This document shows, piece by piece, positions 1 through 9,673 of a stretch of 64,000 nt of DNA. Below the pieces are notes generated by a model that saw nothing but the letters and a program-made list of their open reading frames with translations, searched no databases and had not been told where the DNA came from. Origin of the DNA: an uncultured Bacillota bacterium (GTDB lineage: Bacteria > Bacillota_I > Bacilli_A > RF39 > UBA660); NCBI GenBank assembly GCA_942493215.1, contig OW818670.1, positions 153,209-217,208 on the forward strand. The letters are read 5' to 3'. Position numbers and translations under genes: made by a program. How positions within the stretch are numbered: the first letter of the stretch is position 1; every line of letters begins with the position of its first letter.

Positions 1-417
1 ATCAATTTGTTCTTTTTCTATTTGCTCTACTTTTTGTTGCTCTTCTTGGATTTCTTTTTGTTTATTATTTAAGTTACTTTCTTTTTCTTCTAATAACTTT
101 TCTCTATTTTGTAGAGTGGAATCACGTCTATCTATATTATTTTCACGAGCCAAGAGCCGGTCTTCCGCCTCTTTTACTTCATTTTTTTTCTCGCGAACAT
201 CCTTCTCCGTCTCAATTTTTATATTATGGGCTTCTTCTTTAGCCTCTAATAAATAATCACGCTTTATTTTATCGGCTTCTTTTTTAGCCTTTTCTAACAT
301 ATCATCAGCTTTTTTAGTAGCCTTTGAGCCTTTAACATAATTTATAATAGACATTACAATGATTCCAACAAAAATTCCAACTAGAACTAGTAAAGTAGAG
401 GAAATAATCTTATCCAT
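1..417 (-). CDS. rny: Ribonuclease Y, 5' part only (N-terminal ~139 aa; the gene runs off the window start)
   Basis: Minus-strand ORF starting at ATG 417..415 after an SD (GGGAGGT). It encodes an N-terminal TM helix followed by a Lys/Glu-rich coiled coil (MDKIISSTLLVLVGIFVGIIVMS...KKADDMLEKAKKEADKIKRDYLLEAKEEAHNIKIETEKDVREKKNEV), typical of RNase Y. The recA-rny adjacency matches B. subtilis. It is absent from the ORF track because it is truncated by the window edge. Confidence 0.7.
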   Translation of the reverse strand, partial: MDKIISSTLLVLVGIFVGIIVMSIINYVKGSKATKKADDMLEKAKKEADKIKRDYLLEAKEEAHNIKIETEKDVREKKNEVKEAEDRLLARENNIDRRDSTLQNREKLLEEKESNLNNKQKEIQEEQQKVEQIEKEQID

Positions 418-567
418 AATTACCTCCCATTTACTATTTTTTATTATTATGTGAATTACTTCACTATTTATATTGTAAAGTGTAAAACAAAATAAGTCAA
501 GAAACTTTAAAGCAAATGGGTATATAATTTGAAAATAAAAAAAATATAGTTATAAACTATACTCTTT

Positions 568-1623
568 TTAATTTTCAGCATCTGCTTTTTCTTCTTTAAC
601 TTCTTTTTCAACAGAATCTTTGACAGTTTTCTTTACTACACCATAGTATTCTCTTGTCTTTCCTTCAACTTCGGCAAATAGCTTCTTATCTTTTTTAAAT
701 AACTCTTTAACATTTTCTTTGCCTTGACCTATTTTTTCACCCTTATAAGCGTACCAAGCTCCCGTTTTTTCGATAATATTAGCTTCAGCCGCCATATCAA
801 CAATTTCGCCTTCTTTTGACACACCTTCACCATACATAATATCAACAACGCAATTTTTAAATGGTGGAGCCATTTTATTTTTAACGACTTTGACAGTAGT
901 TTTATTACCAACAATATCGTTGCCCAATTTAATTTGTTCCCCTTTTCTGATATCTAAACGAACAGAAGAATAAAACTTCAAAGCCCTTCCACCTGGTGTC
1001 GTTTCCGGATTACCAAACATAACACCTACTTTTTCACGTAATTGATTTATAAATATGGCAATAGTATTAGTCTTACTAATAACAGCTGCTAGTTTACGTA
1101 AAGCCTGACTCATTAATCTAGCTTGTAAGCCAACATGGGAATCACCCATTTCGCCTTCAATTTCCGCTTGTGGCACTAAAGCTGCAACCGAGTCGATAAC
1201 AACAACACTTATAGCTCCACTACGTACTAATGCCTCACATATTTCTAAAGCTTGTTCCCCATTATCTGGTTGGGATAATAATAACTCATTAATATTAACC
1301 CCTAATTTAGCAGCATATTGAGGATCAAGAGAATGTTCAGCATCAATGAAAGCTGCACGGCCACCTTTCTTTTGAGCCTCCGCAATCGCATGCAAAGCAA
1401 AAGTTGTTTTACCACTTGATTCTGGTCCAAATATTTCAATAATTCGTCCTTTAGGATATCCACCTATTCCTAATGCCACATCAAGAGCTAATGAACCACT
1501 TGATATAACATCAATTTCTCGATGTTGATTATCGCCTAATTTCATTACCGCACCTTTACCAAATTGTTTTTCTATATCTAATAACACTTGTTCTAAAGTC
1601 TTATCAGCTGTTGTTTTAACCAT
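568..1623 (-). CDS. recA: Recombinase RecA
   Basis: 351 aa with a Walker A motif (GPESSGKTT), RecA L1/L2 loop regions and a conserved C-terminal acidic tail. Confidence 0.97.
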   Translation of the reverse strand: MVKTTADKTLEQVLLDIEKQFGKGAVMKLGDNQHREIDVISSGSLALDVALGIGGYPKGRIIEIFGPESSGKTTFALHAIAEAQKKGGRAAFIDAEHSLDPQYAAKLGVNINELLLSQPDNGEQALEICEALVRSGAISVVVIDSVAALVPQAEIEGEMGDSHVGLQARLMSQALRKLAAVISKTNTIAIFINQLREKVGVMFGNPETTPGGRALKFYSSVRLDIRKGEQIKLGNDIVGNKTTVKVVKNKMAPPFKNCVVDIMYGEGVSKEGEIVDMAAEANIIEKTGAWYAYKGEKIGQGKENVKELFKKDKKLFAEVEGKTREYYGVVKKTVKDSVEKEVKEEKADAEN

Positions 1624-1800
1624 TTATTTTCCTCCTAACATCTAAACACATTGTACAGTATATCTTTTTCTTTGTCAATACCAAAACGAACATTTGTTTG
1701 TTTAAATTTGTAAATACTATTCCCCACTTTTATTAAAAGATGACAACAAAAAAAATATATTTGAATAATTATTATTACTAAATATATTTTTTATTTATTT

Positions 1801-2400
1801 TTAAGCTTTTTCAACAAAGTACTTTTTAGTCATAGTATAATATTGAAAACCAGAAATAATTGATAAGACAGTAGCAACAATTAATAAGAAATCTGATACT
1901 TTTAAATTCCATAATTCAAATGGTAAATTATAGAATAAAGTTAGAACGATACCTGACATTAAACATGCCGTTTTAATTTTTCCTATTTTAATGGCTGCCA
2001 CTACTTTTCCACTATTACCAGCTGCCATCTTAAAGGCATCAACAGCAATATCCCTTACAATAATAACTGTTGGTATTAAAGCACTAATGAATCCCGTAGC
2101 CGATAAAATAACTAAAACCGAATTAACCAGCATTTTATCAGCAATCGCATCAAGCATTTTACCTAAATCAGTTACCATATTATATTTACGAGCAATTCGT
2201 CCATCAAAGAAATCAGTTATAGCCGCTATGATAAATAAAACACCAGCTATTAAATACTTAATGTCTCCTAAAACAATTGTCTCATTAATAAATAATTTAG
2301 GTAAATTGATACCAAGAGCATCATAAGGTAATAATAAAACAATTATTATTAAAACACTTATAATGATACGCATCATTGTTATTTTATTAGGCAAGTTCAT
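1801..2400 (-). CDS. pgsA: CDP-diacylglycerol--glycerol-3-phosphate 3-phosphatidyltransferase
   Basis: 199 aa membrane protein with the CDP-alcohol phosphotransferase motif (DxxDGxxAR...G...D). The rodZ-pgsA-recA order matches the B. subtilis ymfM-pgsA-(cinA)-recA arrangement. Confidence 0.9.
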   Translation of the reverse strand: MNLPNKITMMRIIISVLIIIVLLLPYDALGINLPKLFINETIVLGDIKYLIAGVLFIIAAITDFFDGRIARKYNMVTDLGKMLDAIADKMLVNSVLVILSATGFISALIPTVIIVRDIAVDAFKMAAGNSGKVVAAIKIGKIKTACLMSGIVLTLFYNLPFELWNLKVSDFLLIVATVLSIISGFQYYTMTKKYFVEKA

Positions 2401-2893
2401 ATACTTCCTCCTTGGTTACATTTAAGTTTGCGGTAATAACATTTTCATTGGCGCTATTATTACGAAAATTAATGTATAGATACACAGCTACTACCATAAT
2501 GGCTATTACTAAAATAGCTATAATAATAATCTGAATCTTACTTGGTTTAGCTTTATAATTAAGCGTATATGGTGAAACAACTTTGTCTTCTTTTTTATCT
2601 TTTTCGGCTACTTCCTTTTTAGCTTCTTTAATCTCCGCTAAAGATATTTTCGATGTATAATCAAACAAATACTCATTGAAATCATCCACTAAAGCATCAT
2701 AATCTAAACCTAAATATTTAGAATAATCCTTAATAAAATGTTTCAAGCTAAATATATCATCAAAAGCTTCAATATTACCGGCTTCCACATTTTCGATCTG
2801 CGTTGTTGTCATTTTTAAGTCATTAGCAGCTTCTTCAATTGTAATATCAACATTTTCACGAGCTTCTTTTAATCGAGCCCCAATCTCCTTCAA
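2387..2893 (-). CDS. rodZ: Cytoskeleton/cell-shape protein RodZ (YmfM-like): XRE-type HTH followed by a TM anchor
   Basis: N-terminal HTH (IGARLKEARENVDITIEEAANDLKMTTTQIENVE) followed by one TM segment. The track ORF extends to 2968, where it would abut the rnpB 3' end. A TTG at 2893 preceded by AAAGAGGTGG is the likelier start. Confidence 0.7.
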   Translation of the reverse strand: MKEIGARLKEARENVDITIEEAANDLKMTTTQIENVEAGNIEAFDDIFSLKHFIKDYSKYLGLDYDALVDDFNEYLFDYTSKISLAEIKEAKKEVAEKDKKEDKVVSPYTLNYKAKPSKIQIIIIAILVIAIMVVAVYLYINFRNNSANENVITANLNVTKEEVYELA

Positions 2894-2977
2894 ACTTTCC
2901 ACCTCTTTAATTAAAAAAAAATATTTCGTAAGCCATGTTCTGTTCCTAAATAAATTAGGCGCAAACATTTATCTATT

Positions 2978-3268
2978 GATTTCTCAATCCCATAGTAAAT
3001 TATCATTCTCTACTATTAGGTTCCCCTACCAAATTTGGGTTTCTCACTCGCGGGGTTTACCACGTTCCATTTCTTTTATTTCTAAAAGACTCGTCTCTTT
3101 GGCACTTTAGGTCTATAACCATAACTTTCGTCTTAGGTTAATCGACGCCGTCAAGCATAAGCTTGCCATAGATTATTTTTTCTCTATGCGCGAACACTAC
3201 TATCATCACAGATAGTGTGAGCATGGACTTTCCTCTACATTACTAAGAATGCAGCGTTTGCTAAAATA
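2978..3268 (-). ncRNA. rnpB: RNase P RNA, type B (Bacillus-like)
   Basis: The reverse complement contains GAGGAAAGTCCATGCTC (P4 region) and GGAACGTGGTAAACCCCGCGAGTGAGAAACCCAAATTTGGTAGGGGAACC. These are near-identical to the conserved B. subtilis rnpB segments. The gene lies immediately downstream of gpsB, as in B. subtilis (ypsB-rnpB). Ends are approximate. Confidence 0.88.
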
Positions 3269-3270
3269 TT

Positions 3271-3612
3271 TTATTCTTTACCATAAATAATTTTTTCTAA
3301 ATTAGAAATTCTTTTTAATACATCAGCTGTCGTCGTATTTCCAGTACTTCCACTAGATTCATTATTAGTATCACTAATAACGTCTAATTTCATTTTTAAT
3401 GATCGTACTTCTTGTTTTAATCTTATGTTGTCATCAATTAATTCTTTCTTCTCATATTCAAGATTCTTAATTGTTTTTTCAAACATATCATAATCTCTAA
3501 TAACAACATCTAAGAATTTATCGACTTCCTGTGGGCGATAGCCTCTGGTATCAATTTTGAACTCTTTTTCTAAGATATCCTTAGCGCATAAAACAGTTCC
3601 TTCACGATTCAT
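3271..3612 (-). CDS. gpsB: Cell-cycle protein GpsB (DivIVA-domain)
   Basis: DivIVA N-terminal domain (AKDILEKEFKIDTRGYRPQEVDKFLD) plus a C-terminal coiled coil. The likely start is the ATG at 3612, 6 nt after GAGGGGTG. The track ORF start at 3627 lies inside the SD. Confidence 0.85.
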   Translation of the reverse strand: MNREGTVLCAKDILEKEFKIDTRGYRPQEVDKFLDVVIRDYDMFEKTIKNLEYEKKELIDDNIRLKQEVRSLKMKLDVISDTNNESSGSTGNTTTADVLKRISNLEKIIYGKE

Positions 3613-3950
3613 AATTTCACCCCTCATTTACATATACATTTTCTCAAAAAAAAGCCCATTTGTCAATCTATTTCTAAAAGGAAAAAATTACTAAAAAACA
3701 TCAAACTACTTATCTTTTACTTTAACAAAAGACGCTAGTTTGATGTATAGAATATTATCAAGCATATTATTAATGCACTCCTCCACACAATAATGAAAGC
3801 GCATACCTTTATTCACCTCTTTACAATAAATTACCATAAACTTTTAAGTAATGCACGCGATTTGACAAAACTAGATATAATTAGACATGTTAATTGATAA
3901 ATTTTATAGAAATTTGTGGTTATTTATAGTATAATGAAAAAGGTGGTAAT

Positions 3951-4538
3951 ATGAAATATCCGCTTGGTATAAATAAATGTTCAAATAATCATGTTGATTA
4001 TGCTAATCGAGGAATGACTTTAGAATGTGACATCAATCTTACTAATAAATATTATTTAGATAATGATATGGCGGTTATCCATAAAAAGCCTACTCCCTTA
4101 ACAATTGCTAAGGTTGAGTATAAATCTAATAAAGAAGCTATTATTAGAGAAGCTTACTTTAAAACCCCATCAACAACTGATTATAATGGGTTATATCGTG
4201 GTATGTATATTGATTTTGAGGCTAAAGAAACTAAAAGTAAAAGTTATTTTCCTTTAAACAATATTCATCCTCATCAAATTAAACATCTAGAGGGCATTGT
4301 CAATCATGGTGGTGTTAGCTTTATTATTGTAAGGTTTACAACTCTTAATTTGACTTTTTATTTAGAAACGAGTAAATTAATAACGTTCTTAAAAACTTCT
4401 AAACGGCAATCTATTCCTCTTGAATATTTTAAAGACAATGGTTATTTAATAAAAGAAGGATATCAGCCACGTTTAGATTATTTAAAGATTATTGATAACA
4501 TATATTTTAAAAGAGGTGCATATGAAAAAGAAAATTGA
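3951..4538 (+). CDS. recU: Holliday junction resolvase RecU
   Basis: 195 aa with the RecU core (YRGMYIDFEAKETK...HPHQIKHL). The recU-ponA operon arrangement is the same as in B. subtilis. An SD (AAAGGTGG) precedes the ATG. Confidence 0.85.
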   Translation: MKYPLGINKCSNNHVDYANRGMTLECDINLTNKYYLDNDMAVIHKKPTPLTIAKVEYKSNKEAIIREAYFKTPSTTDYNGLYRGMYIDFEAKETKSKSYFPLNNIHPHQIKHLEGIVNHGGVSFIIVRFTTLNLTFYLETSKLITFLKTSKRQSIPLEYFKDNGYLIKEGYQPRLDYLKIIDNIYFKRGAYEKEN

Positions 4539-7206
4539 TACTCTTATGAGTAATGCTAAAAAGATGTGGAAACAACATAGTTTCCTTATAATTACCATAT
4601 TACTTAGTCTTGCTATATTAATTGTTGGTAAAATGGCTATAGGGTTGTATAAAGCCCTACTATTTACCATTATGCTTGATATTGGGTGCTATATTACGAC
4701 GAAAGTATTTGAAAAAACAGACAAGGGAAAAATTAAAGTTAAAAATATGGGTGAAATTATGAAAACAAAGAAGAAAAATGAAAAAAATAAAAAAAATGTT
4801 AAAAAGAAGAAAACATTAAGAGTCATTTTATTAATTATTTTTTCCATTGGCATTCTCTTAATTCTCGCTTTTCTTGGTTTTATCTTTTTAGTTATAAAAA
4901 CTGCTCCCAAATTTGATACTTCTAAATTATATAATCAAGAGGCTACTATTTTATATGACCGTAACGGCGAAGTATTTGCTAAACTAGGAGCTGAAAAAAG
5001 AGAAATTATATCGTATGATGATATGCCCGAAGTACTAGTAGATGCTATAGTTGCTACCGAAGATTCAAGATTCTTCCAACATAATGGTTTTGATTTACCA
5101 CGTTTCTTAAAAGCGAGTGTTGGTCAATTAATGGGTCAAGATGCCGGTGGTGCTTCAACTCTAACAATGCAGATTAGTAAACAACGTTTTACTTCTACGG
5201 AAGCTTCAGGTATTCAAGGTATTATTCGTAAATTTACTGATATATATATGGCCGTATTTAAAATCGAAAAGAATTATACCAAAAAGGAAATTTTAGAAAT
5301 ATATGCCAACTCATTCTATATGGGAGCGGGAGCTTGGGGTGTTGAACAAGCCTCACAAACATATTTTAATAAAAGTGCTAAAGATATAAATTTAGCCGAA
5401 GCAGCAATGATTGCTGGTATGTTTCAATCGCCTGATGCTTATGATCCTTTTGCTAATCCTGATAAAACCGAAGCCCGTCGTAAGACCGTTCTATATTTAA
5501 TGCATTTACATGGTTATATTACTGAACAGGAGAAGAAAGCGGCTGAAGCTATACCCGTTTCTAAATTAATCCATAAGGCTAATACTTCTTCTAATCAATA
5601 TTTAGCATTTATTGATACTGTTACAGCCGAAGTCTTTAAACAAACAGGAAAAGATCCATATACAACATCGATGCAAATATATACAACTATGGATCGAGCA
5701 AAACAAGATTCTATTAACAAAGCTATGTCGGGTGAAACATTCAAGTGGGATAATGATGTGGCCCAAGGTGCAGTAGCTGTTATTGCTACACAAACTGGTG
5801 AAGTAGCTGCTATTGGTGCTGGTCGTAACTATACTAAAGCTAATGGTTATAATCGAGCTACTAAAATTAATCGTCAGATAGGTTCAACTGCTAAACCAGT
5901 ATATGATTATGGTCCAGCATTCGAATATAATAACCTTTCAACATATGGGCCAGTTGCTGATGAACCGTATACATATTCTAATGGTGTTAACATGAAGAAT
6001 TTCGATGGTAAATATCAAGGACTTATTACTATTCGTACAGCCGTAATGGGTTCTCGTAATGTGCCAGCTTTAAAAACTTTCCAAAGTGTTAACAATGATA
6101 AAATAAAAGAATTTGTTCAGAATTTAGGCCTCGCACCAGAACTTAATGATGGTATGATTCATGAAGCTCATTCAATAGGTGGATATAATGGTGAATCACC
6201 AATTAAAATGGCTGCTGCTTATGCTGCATTCGCTAATGGTGGCTATTATATTGAGCCACATAGTTTTACTAAATTAATATATCGTGATACATCTGAAGAA
6301 TATGATCGTCAATTCATAAAAAGAAGAGCTATGAGTGCTGAAACAGCTTATATGATGGCCGATGTATTAATTGATACAAGCGTTAGTGCTTTAGGAACAT
6401 ATAGTAATATTGGTGGAGCAACCTTCTGTGCTAAAACTGGTACAACTAACTTTTCAGAACAAACAATTAAAGATTATGGTCTTTCTAGTCGAGCTGTAAA
6501 TGATTTATGGGTAACTGGATTTAATAATGATTATGCTATGAGTGTTTGGTATGGTTATGATCAATTATATAAAGATCATCCTGAATATGTAAGTATAAGT
6601 GGTAACTACAGTCATAAAAGAATGTTTCAAACTTTAGCTAGAGACTTCTTTAAAGGAAAAGTATCATTTGAAAAACCTGATGGTGTAGTAAGTGTTGGTA
6701 TTGAAAAAGAAACTAGTCCTGCTCTATTACCTAGTGCTTTTACCCCCTCTAATATGATTATTTATGAGTTATACAAGAGAGGTTCTGAGCCAACTGACGT
6801 TTCTACTAGATTCTCACAGTTATCTAATGTTAGTAGTCTAACAGCAACGAAAAAGGATTCCGCAGTAACCTTATCTTGGACTCCAATTGCAACACCAAAT
6901 GCTATTGATGGTACTTACTTAAGCAATTACTTTGCATCAATCTTCCGTTCTGATAATGATCGTAATAACAACTATTATAACCGTTTAGAATATAATAGTA
7001 ATTATATTGGTACTATAGGTTATGGTATTTATAAAAAAGATAGTACTGGCAATCTTGTACATGTTGGTTATACTAGTGGTACTACTTATAAATACACATT
7101 AGCAGCAGATGAAACCGATGTTAATTTTGTTGTTAAATCAGAATACTCAATGTTTAAGAATAACGCTAGTAGCGGTGTTGAAGCTGTATATGCAGATCAA
7201 GGTTAA
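4522..7206 (+). CDS. ponA: Class A penicillin-binding protein 1A/1B (glycosyltransferase + transpeptidase)
   Basis: GT51 motifs (EDSRFFQHNGFD, GASTLTMQ), a TP domain with STAKP (SxxK) and KTGTT, and a long C-terminal extension. ATG 4522 has a strong SD (AAAGAGGTG). The N-terminus carries an extra hydrophobic segment before the usual basic-stretch/TM anchor. Confidence 0.9.
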   Translation: MKKKIDTLMSNAKKMWKQHSFLIITILLSLAILIVGKMAIGLYKALLFTIMLDIGCYITTKVFEKTDKGKIKVKNMGEIMKTKKKNEKNKKNVKKKKTLRVILLIIFSIGILLILAFLGFIFLVIKTAPKFDTSKLYNQEATILYDRNGEVFAKLGAEKREIISYDDMPEVLVDAIVATEDSRFFQHNGFDLPRFLKASVGQLMGQDAGGASTLTMQISKQRFTSTEASGIQGIIRKFTDIYMAVFKIEKNYTKKEILEIYANSFYMGAGAWGVEQASQTYFNKSAKDINLAEAAMIAGMFQSPDAYDPFANPDKTEARRKTVLYLMHLHGYITEQEKKAAEAIPVSKLIHKANTSSNQYLAFIDTVTAEVFKQTGKDPYTTSMQIYTTMDRAKQDSINKAMSGETFKWDNDVAQGAVAVIATQTGEVAAIGAGRNYTKANGYNRATKINRQIGSTAKPVYDYGPAFEYNNLSTYGPVADEPYTYSNGVNMKNFDGKYQGLITIRTAVMGSRNVPALKTFQSVNNDKIKEFVQNLGLAPELNDGMIHEAHSIGGYNGESPIKMAAAYAAFANGGYYIEPHSFTKLIYRDTSEEYDRQFIKRRAMSAETAYMMADVLIDTSVSALGTYSNIGGATFCAKTGTTNFSEQTIKDYGLSSRAVNDLWVTGFNNDYAMSVWYGYDQLYKDHPEYVSISGNYSHKRMFQTLARDFFKGKVSFEKPDGVVSVGIEKETSPALLPSAFTPSNMIIYELYKRGSEPTDVSTRFSQLSNVSSLTATKKDSAVTLSWTPIATPNAIDGTYLSNYFASIFRSDNDRNNNYYNRLEYNSNYIGTIGYGIYKKDSTGNLVHVGYTSGTTYKYTLAADETDVNFVVKSEYSMFKNNASSGVEAVYADQG

Positions 7207-7219
7207 AAAAGAAAATAGA

Positions 7220-7840
7220 TTATCTATTTTCTTTTCTTTTACAAATATTTTTTAGTTCACAATTATCACATTCTGGTTTAATAGCTTTACAGTAATACCT
7301 TCCAAATAGTAATAATTGATGATGAGTTTTAAGTAAAGGATAGTCTTTAAACATTTTAGTTAATTTCTTTTCAATTAATAAAACATCATCAGTTTCATTA
7401 GCAAACCCTAATCTTTTACTAACTCTTGCCACATGAGTATCAACCGCAATACATTCTTCACTATAAATAATTCCTAATACAACATTAGTAGTTTTACGTC
7501 CAACACCTGGTAATGATTCAAGAAACTCACGATCATTAGGAACATACCCTATTGGTTCTAATGCCGAAGCTATCCCTTTAATATTTAAAGCCTTTTTATG
7601 ATAGGTACCAACTGTTTTAATTACGTTCTCTAAGTCATCAACAGGAGCCTCTTTTAAGCTTTTCAAATCGGGATATTTTTTAAATAATTCTTTAGTAATA
7701 ATATTTACTCTTTTATCAGTTGATTGGGCACTTAACATAACGGCTATAAGTAATTCATAATCGTTTGAAAAGTTCAATTCACTTTTTGGATTAGGAAATA
7801 ACTTATCTAAATAACTAACAATCTCATTCATGTTTATCAT
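7220..7840 (-). CDS. nth: Endonuclease III
   Basis: HhH-GPD fold (LPGVGRKTTNVV) and a C-terminal 4Fe-4S motif (C-x6-C-x2-C-x5-C). Adjacent to dnaD, as in B. subtilis. Confidence 0.92.
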   Translation of the reverse strand: MINMNEIVSYLDKLFPNPKSELNFSNDYELLIAVMLSAQSTDKRVNIITKELFKKYPDLKSLKEAPVDDLENVIKTVGTYHKKALNIKGIASALEPIGYVPNDREFLESLPGVGRKTTNVVLGIIYSEECIAVDTHVARVSKRLGFANETDDVLLIEKKLTKMFKDYPLLKTHHQLLLFGRYYCKAIKPECDNCELKNICKRKENR

Positions 7841-8474
7841 TTAACCAGTCATAATCAAATAATTTGGAAGGATTTTCTTTTTGAGTATTAAACTTTTTTC
7901 TAGATGCCTCAACATCAGCTGGTGTTTTAATACCCTTCTTCTTCCATTCATAAAGAATCTTATCAATATATCTTAGACTTGTAACACCGTTATAGATAGC
8001 CTCTTTTAAGGCTGCAATAATTATTTCTTCATTATGATCATCATCTAACCATGTACTAATTATTTCATATTCCATCGGTGATAGAGTTCGACCTAGTTCA
8101 TGCTCAAAAGTATTATAAAAGCTCTTACTATCATCTTTCTTTTCTTTATCACCATCAATGATTAGAAATGCCAATTTTTTATATAAAGCATCTAAATTAT
8201 ATTTTTCTTCCCGAATAGTACCCCTTTTAACTACATTAATATCCATTAGTTTTTTTTCAGTCAAATTATTTATTAAATCCATTACTTTAGGTAATGGTAA
8301 ATTTAAATTAGCACTAAAAATCTGCGGATTAAAAAGCTTATCACTATCATTAATTAAGTATATGATAAGTACTAATTCATCACTAGTTAATCCTAGATTA
8401 GTATACTGTTCTAATAGTATCCGCGGTATAACTATATGATTGTCTTTTAAAATTTTCATTACTTTATCCATCAT
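7824..8474 (-). CDS. dnaD: Replication initiation/membrane attachment protein DnaD
   Basis: 216 aa with an N-terminal winged-helix region and a C-terminal DnaD/DnaB_2 domain (...IIIAALKEAIYNGVTSLRYIDKILYEWKKKG). dnaD-nth synteny. Confidence 0.78.
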   Translation of the reverse strand: MMDKVMKILKDNHIVIPRILLEQYTNLGLTSDELVLIIYLINDSDKLFNPQIFSANLNLPLPKVMDLINNLTEKKLMDINVVKRGTIREEKYNLDALYKKLAFLIIDGDKEKKDDSKSFYNTFEHELGRTLSPMEYEIISTWLDDDHNEEIIIAALKEAIYNGVTSLRYIDKILYEWKKKGIKTPADVEASRKKFNTQKENPSKLFDYDWLNDKHE

Positions 8475-8564
8475 AACACTTCACCACACTTTCATTTTAG
8501 CACAATTTAAACTATCCACTCAATAAATATTATAAAAAAGGATAATATTATTAAAATATTATCC

Positions 8565-9590
8565 TTATTGTCTATTATATTCCCGTGAAAAGTAACGTAA
8601 TTGTTTATCAACAGAACTATCACTTAAATCTGAAGCCGTCATAGGACTATAAATTAGTGCCATCCCACTCTGCTCAAATGAATATTTAAATCCCATCTGT
8701 TTTAATATTTCTTTATAGTTTCCTTTATATTCAAAAAATTGTTCTTGAGCACGGTCATCAATCATTCCTTGTGATTGCTCTATAATAGGTGAAAAATCAG
8801 AACTTCTCTTACATGATGGTAATGACTCTTCCGTTAAATAGATTGTTCGACCTGTTATAAATTGACTAATAAAGGTATCACCTAGGTTTTGGAGAGCAAC
8901 ATTACAAAATTGTTCCAAATTCGGATTAGCAAGTATTTTTTCCTTTTCAGCTTGAAGCTGCTCTTTTGTTACACTTTTACAAAGTTCTTTATCTCTTCCA
9001 ATTATCTCATATAGCATGTCAACATAATTCTTGTGTGATGTTTTATATCCACAACTTATCTTACTTCTAAGTGCCTCATCTTGACCATTAACTAAGGAAG
9101 TATTTCCCATCAACTCATTAATTCCGATAGCAAATTCTAATACGGGATAATAGTTAGTCGGACAAGTATTTTGAGTAGCACTAAAATATTTACTATAATT
9201 AGAATCATAATTACCAATACCGATACCTGCTTTTAAGATTTCCATTGGAATATCATATTCTAATACAACAGCGCCCCCTCTGCATCCTAGAAAAAAATAT
9301 TCCTCATTACAACACAAAGTATTAAATGCTAAAACTGCATCCTGTGGAAAAAGGAAAAATGATTTTGTAGTACAATGATGAATACCATCATAATTAAACG
9401 AACTCATTTCCCCAACCCTATGACCAGGAAAGTAAGTATCATCCCCTATATCTTGAGCAACTGTAAAATAGGGTCTACTATAAAAATTCATATAACCCAA
9501 TTGATATAATACCGCTTCTGATGAAAGATCTCTTTTGTTGTATTTTAAATTATTAAATAAATCTGGAACAATTCGATATATTAAAGCCAT
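8565..9590 (-). CDS. Hypothetical protein (341 aa, Cys-containing, no recognisable domain)
   Basis: Long ORF with host-like codon usage. It occupies the slot that holds asnS after dnaD in B. subtilis. No motif could be assigned. Confidence 0.5.
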   Translation of the reverse strand: MALIYRIVPDLFNNLKYNKRDLSSEAVLYQLGYMNFYSRPYFTVAQDIGDDTYFPGHRVGEMSSFNYDGIHHCTTKSFFLFPQDAVLAFNTLCCNEEYFFLGCRGGAVVLEYDIPMEILKAGIGIGNYDSNYSKYFSATQNTCPTNYYPVLEFAIGINELMGNTSLVNGQDEALRSKISCGYKTSHKNYVDMLYEIIGRDKELCKSVTKEQLQAEKEKILANPNLEQFCNVALQNLGDTFISQFITGRTIYLTEESLPSCKRSSDFSPIIEQSQGMIDDRAQEQFFEYKGNYKEILKQMGFKYSFEQSGMALIYSPMTASDLSDSSVDKQLRYFSREYNRQ

Positions 9591-9673
9591 TAGTTTACCT
9601 CCGTTTTTTCATTACGTCATATAATAACATCTTTTATAGATTTGTCAAATTAATTAATATATATAAAAAACTG

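Noticed and set aside
729-914. Short ORFs from the six-frame track that lie antisense to or inside well-supported genes (729..914, 1991..2326, 4482..4670, 4689..4910, 5602..5793, 8158..8439, 17959..18150, 21040..21252, 21224..21439, 27814..28155, 31397..31582)
   Set aside because: All are embedded in, or antisense to, long conserved CDSs (recA, pgsA, ponA, dnaD, gerAA, gerAB/spoVIF, aspS, gatA). They have low-complexity, AT-codon-driven composition and no SD. They are chance ORFs in AT-rich DNA.
8565-9590. Possibility that the 341-aa protein in the asnS slot is an AsnA-type asparagine synthetase or a degenerate AsnRS
   Set aside because: No class II aaRS or AsnA signature motifs (for example GGGIGQSRL or motifs 1-3) could be found by eye.
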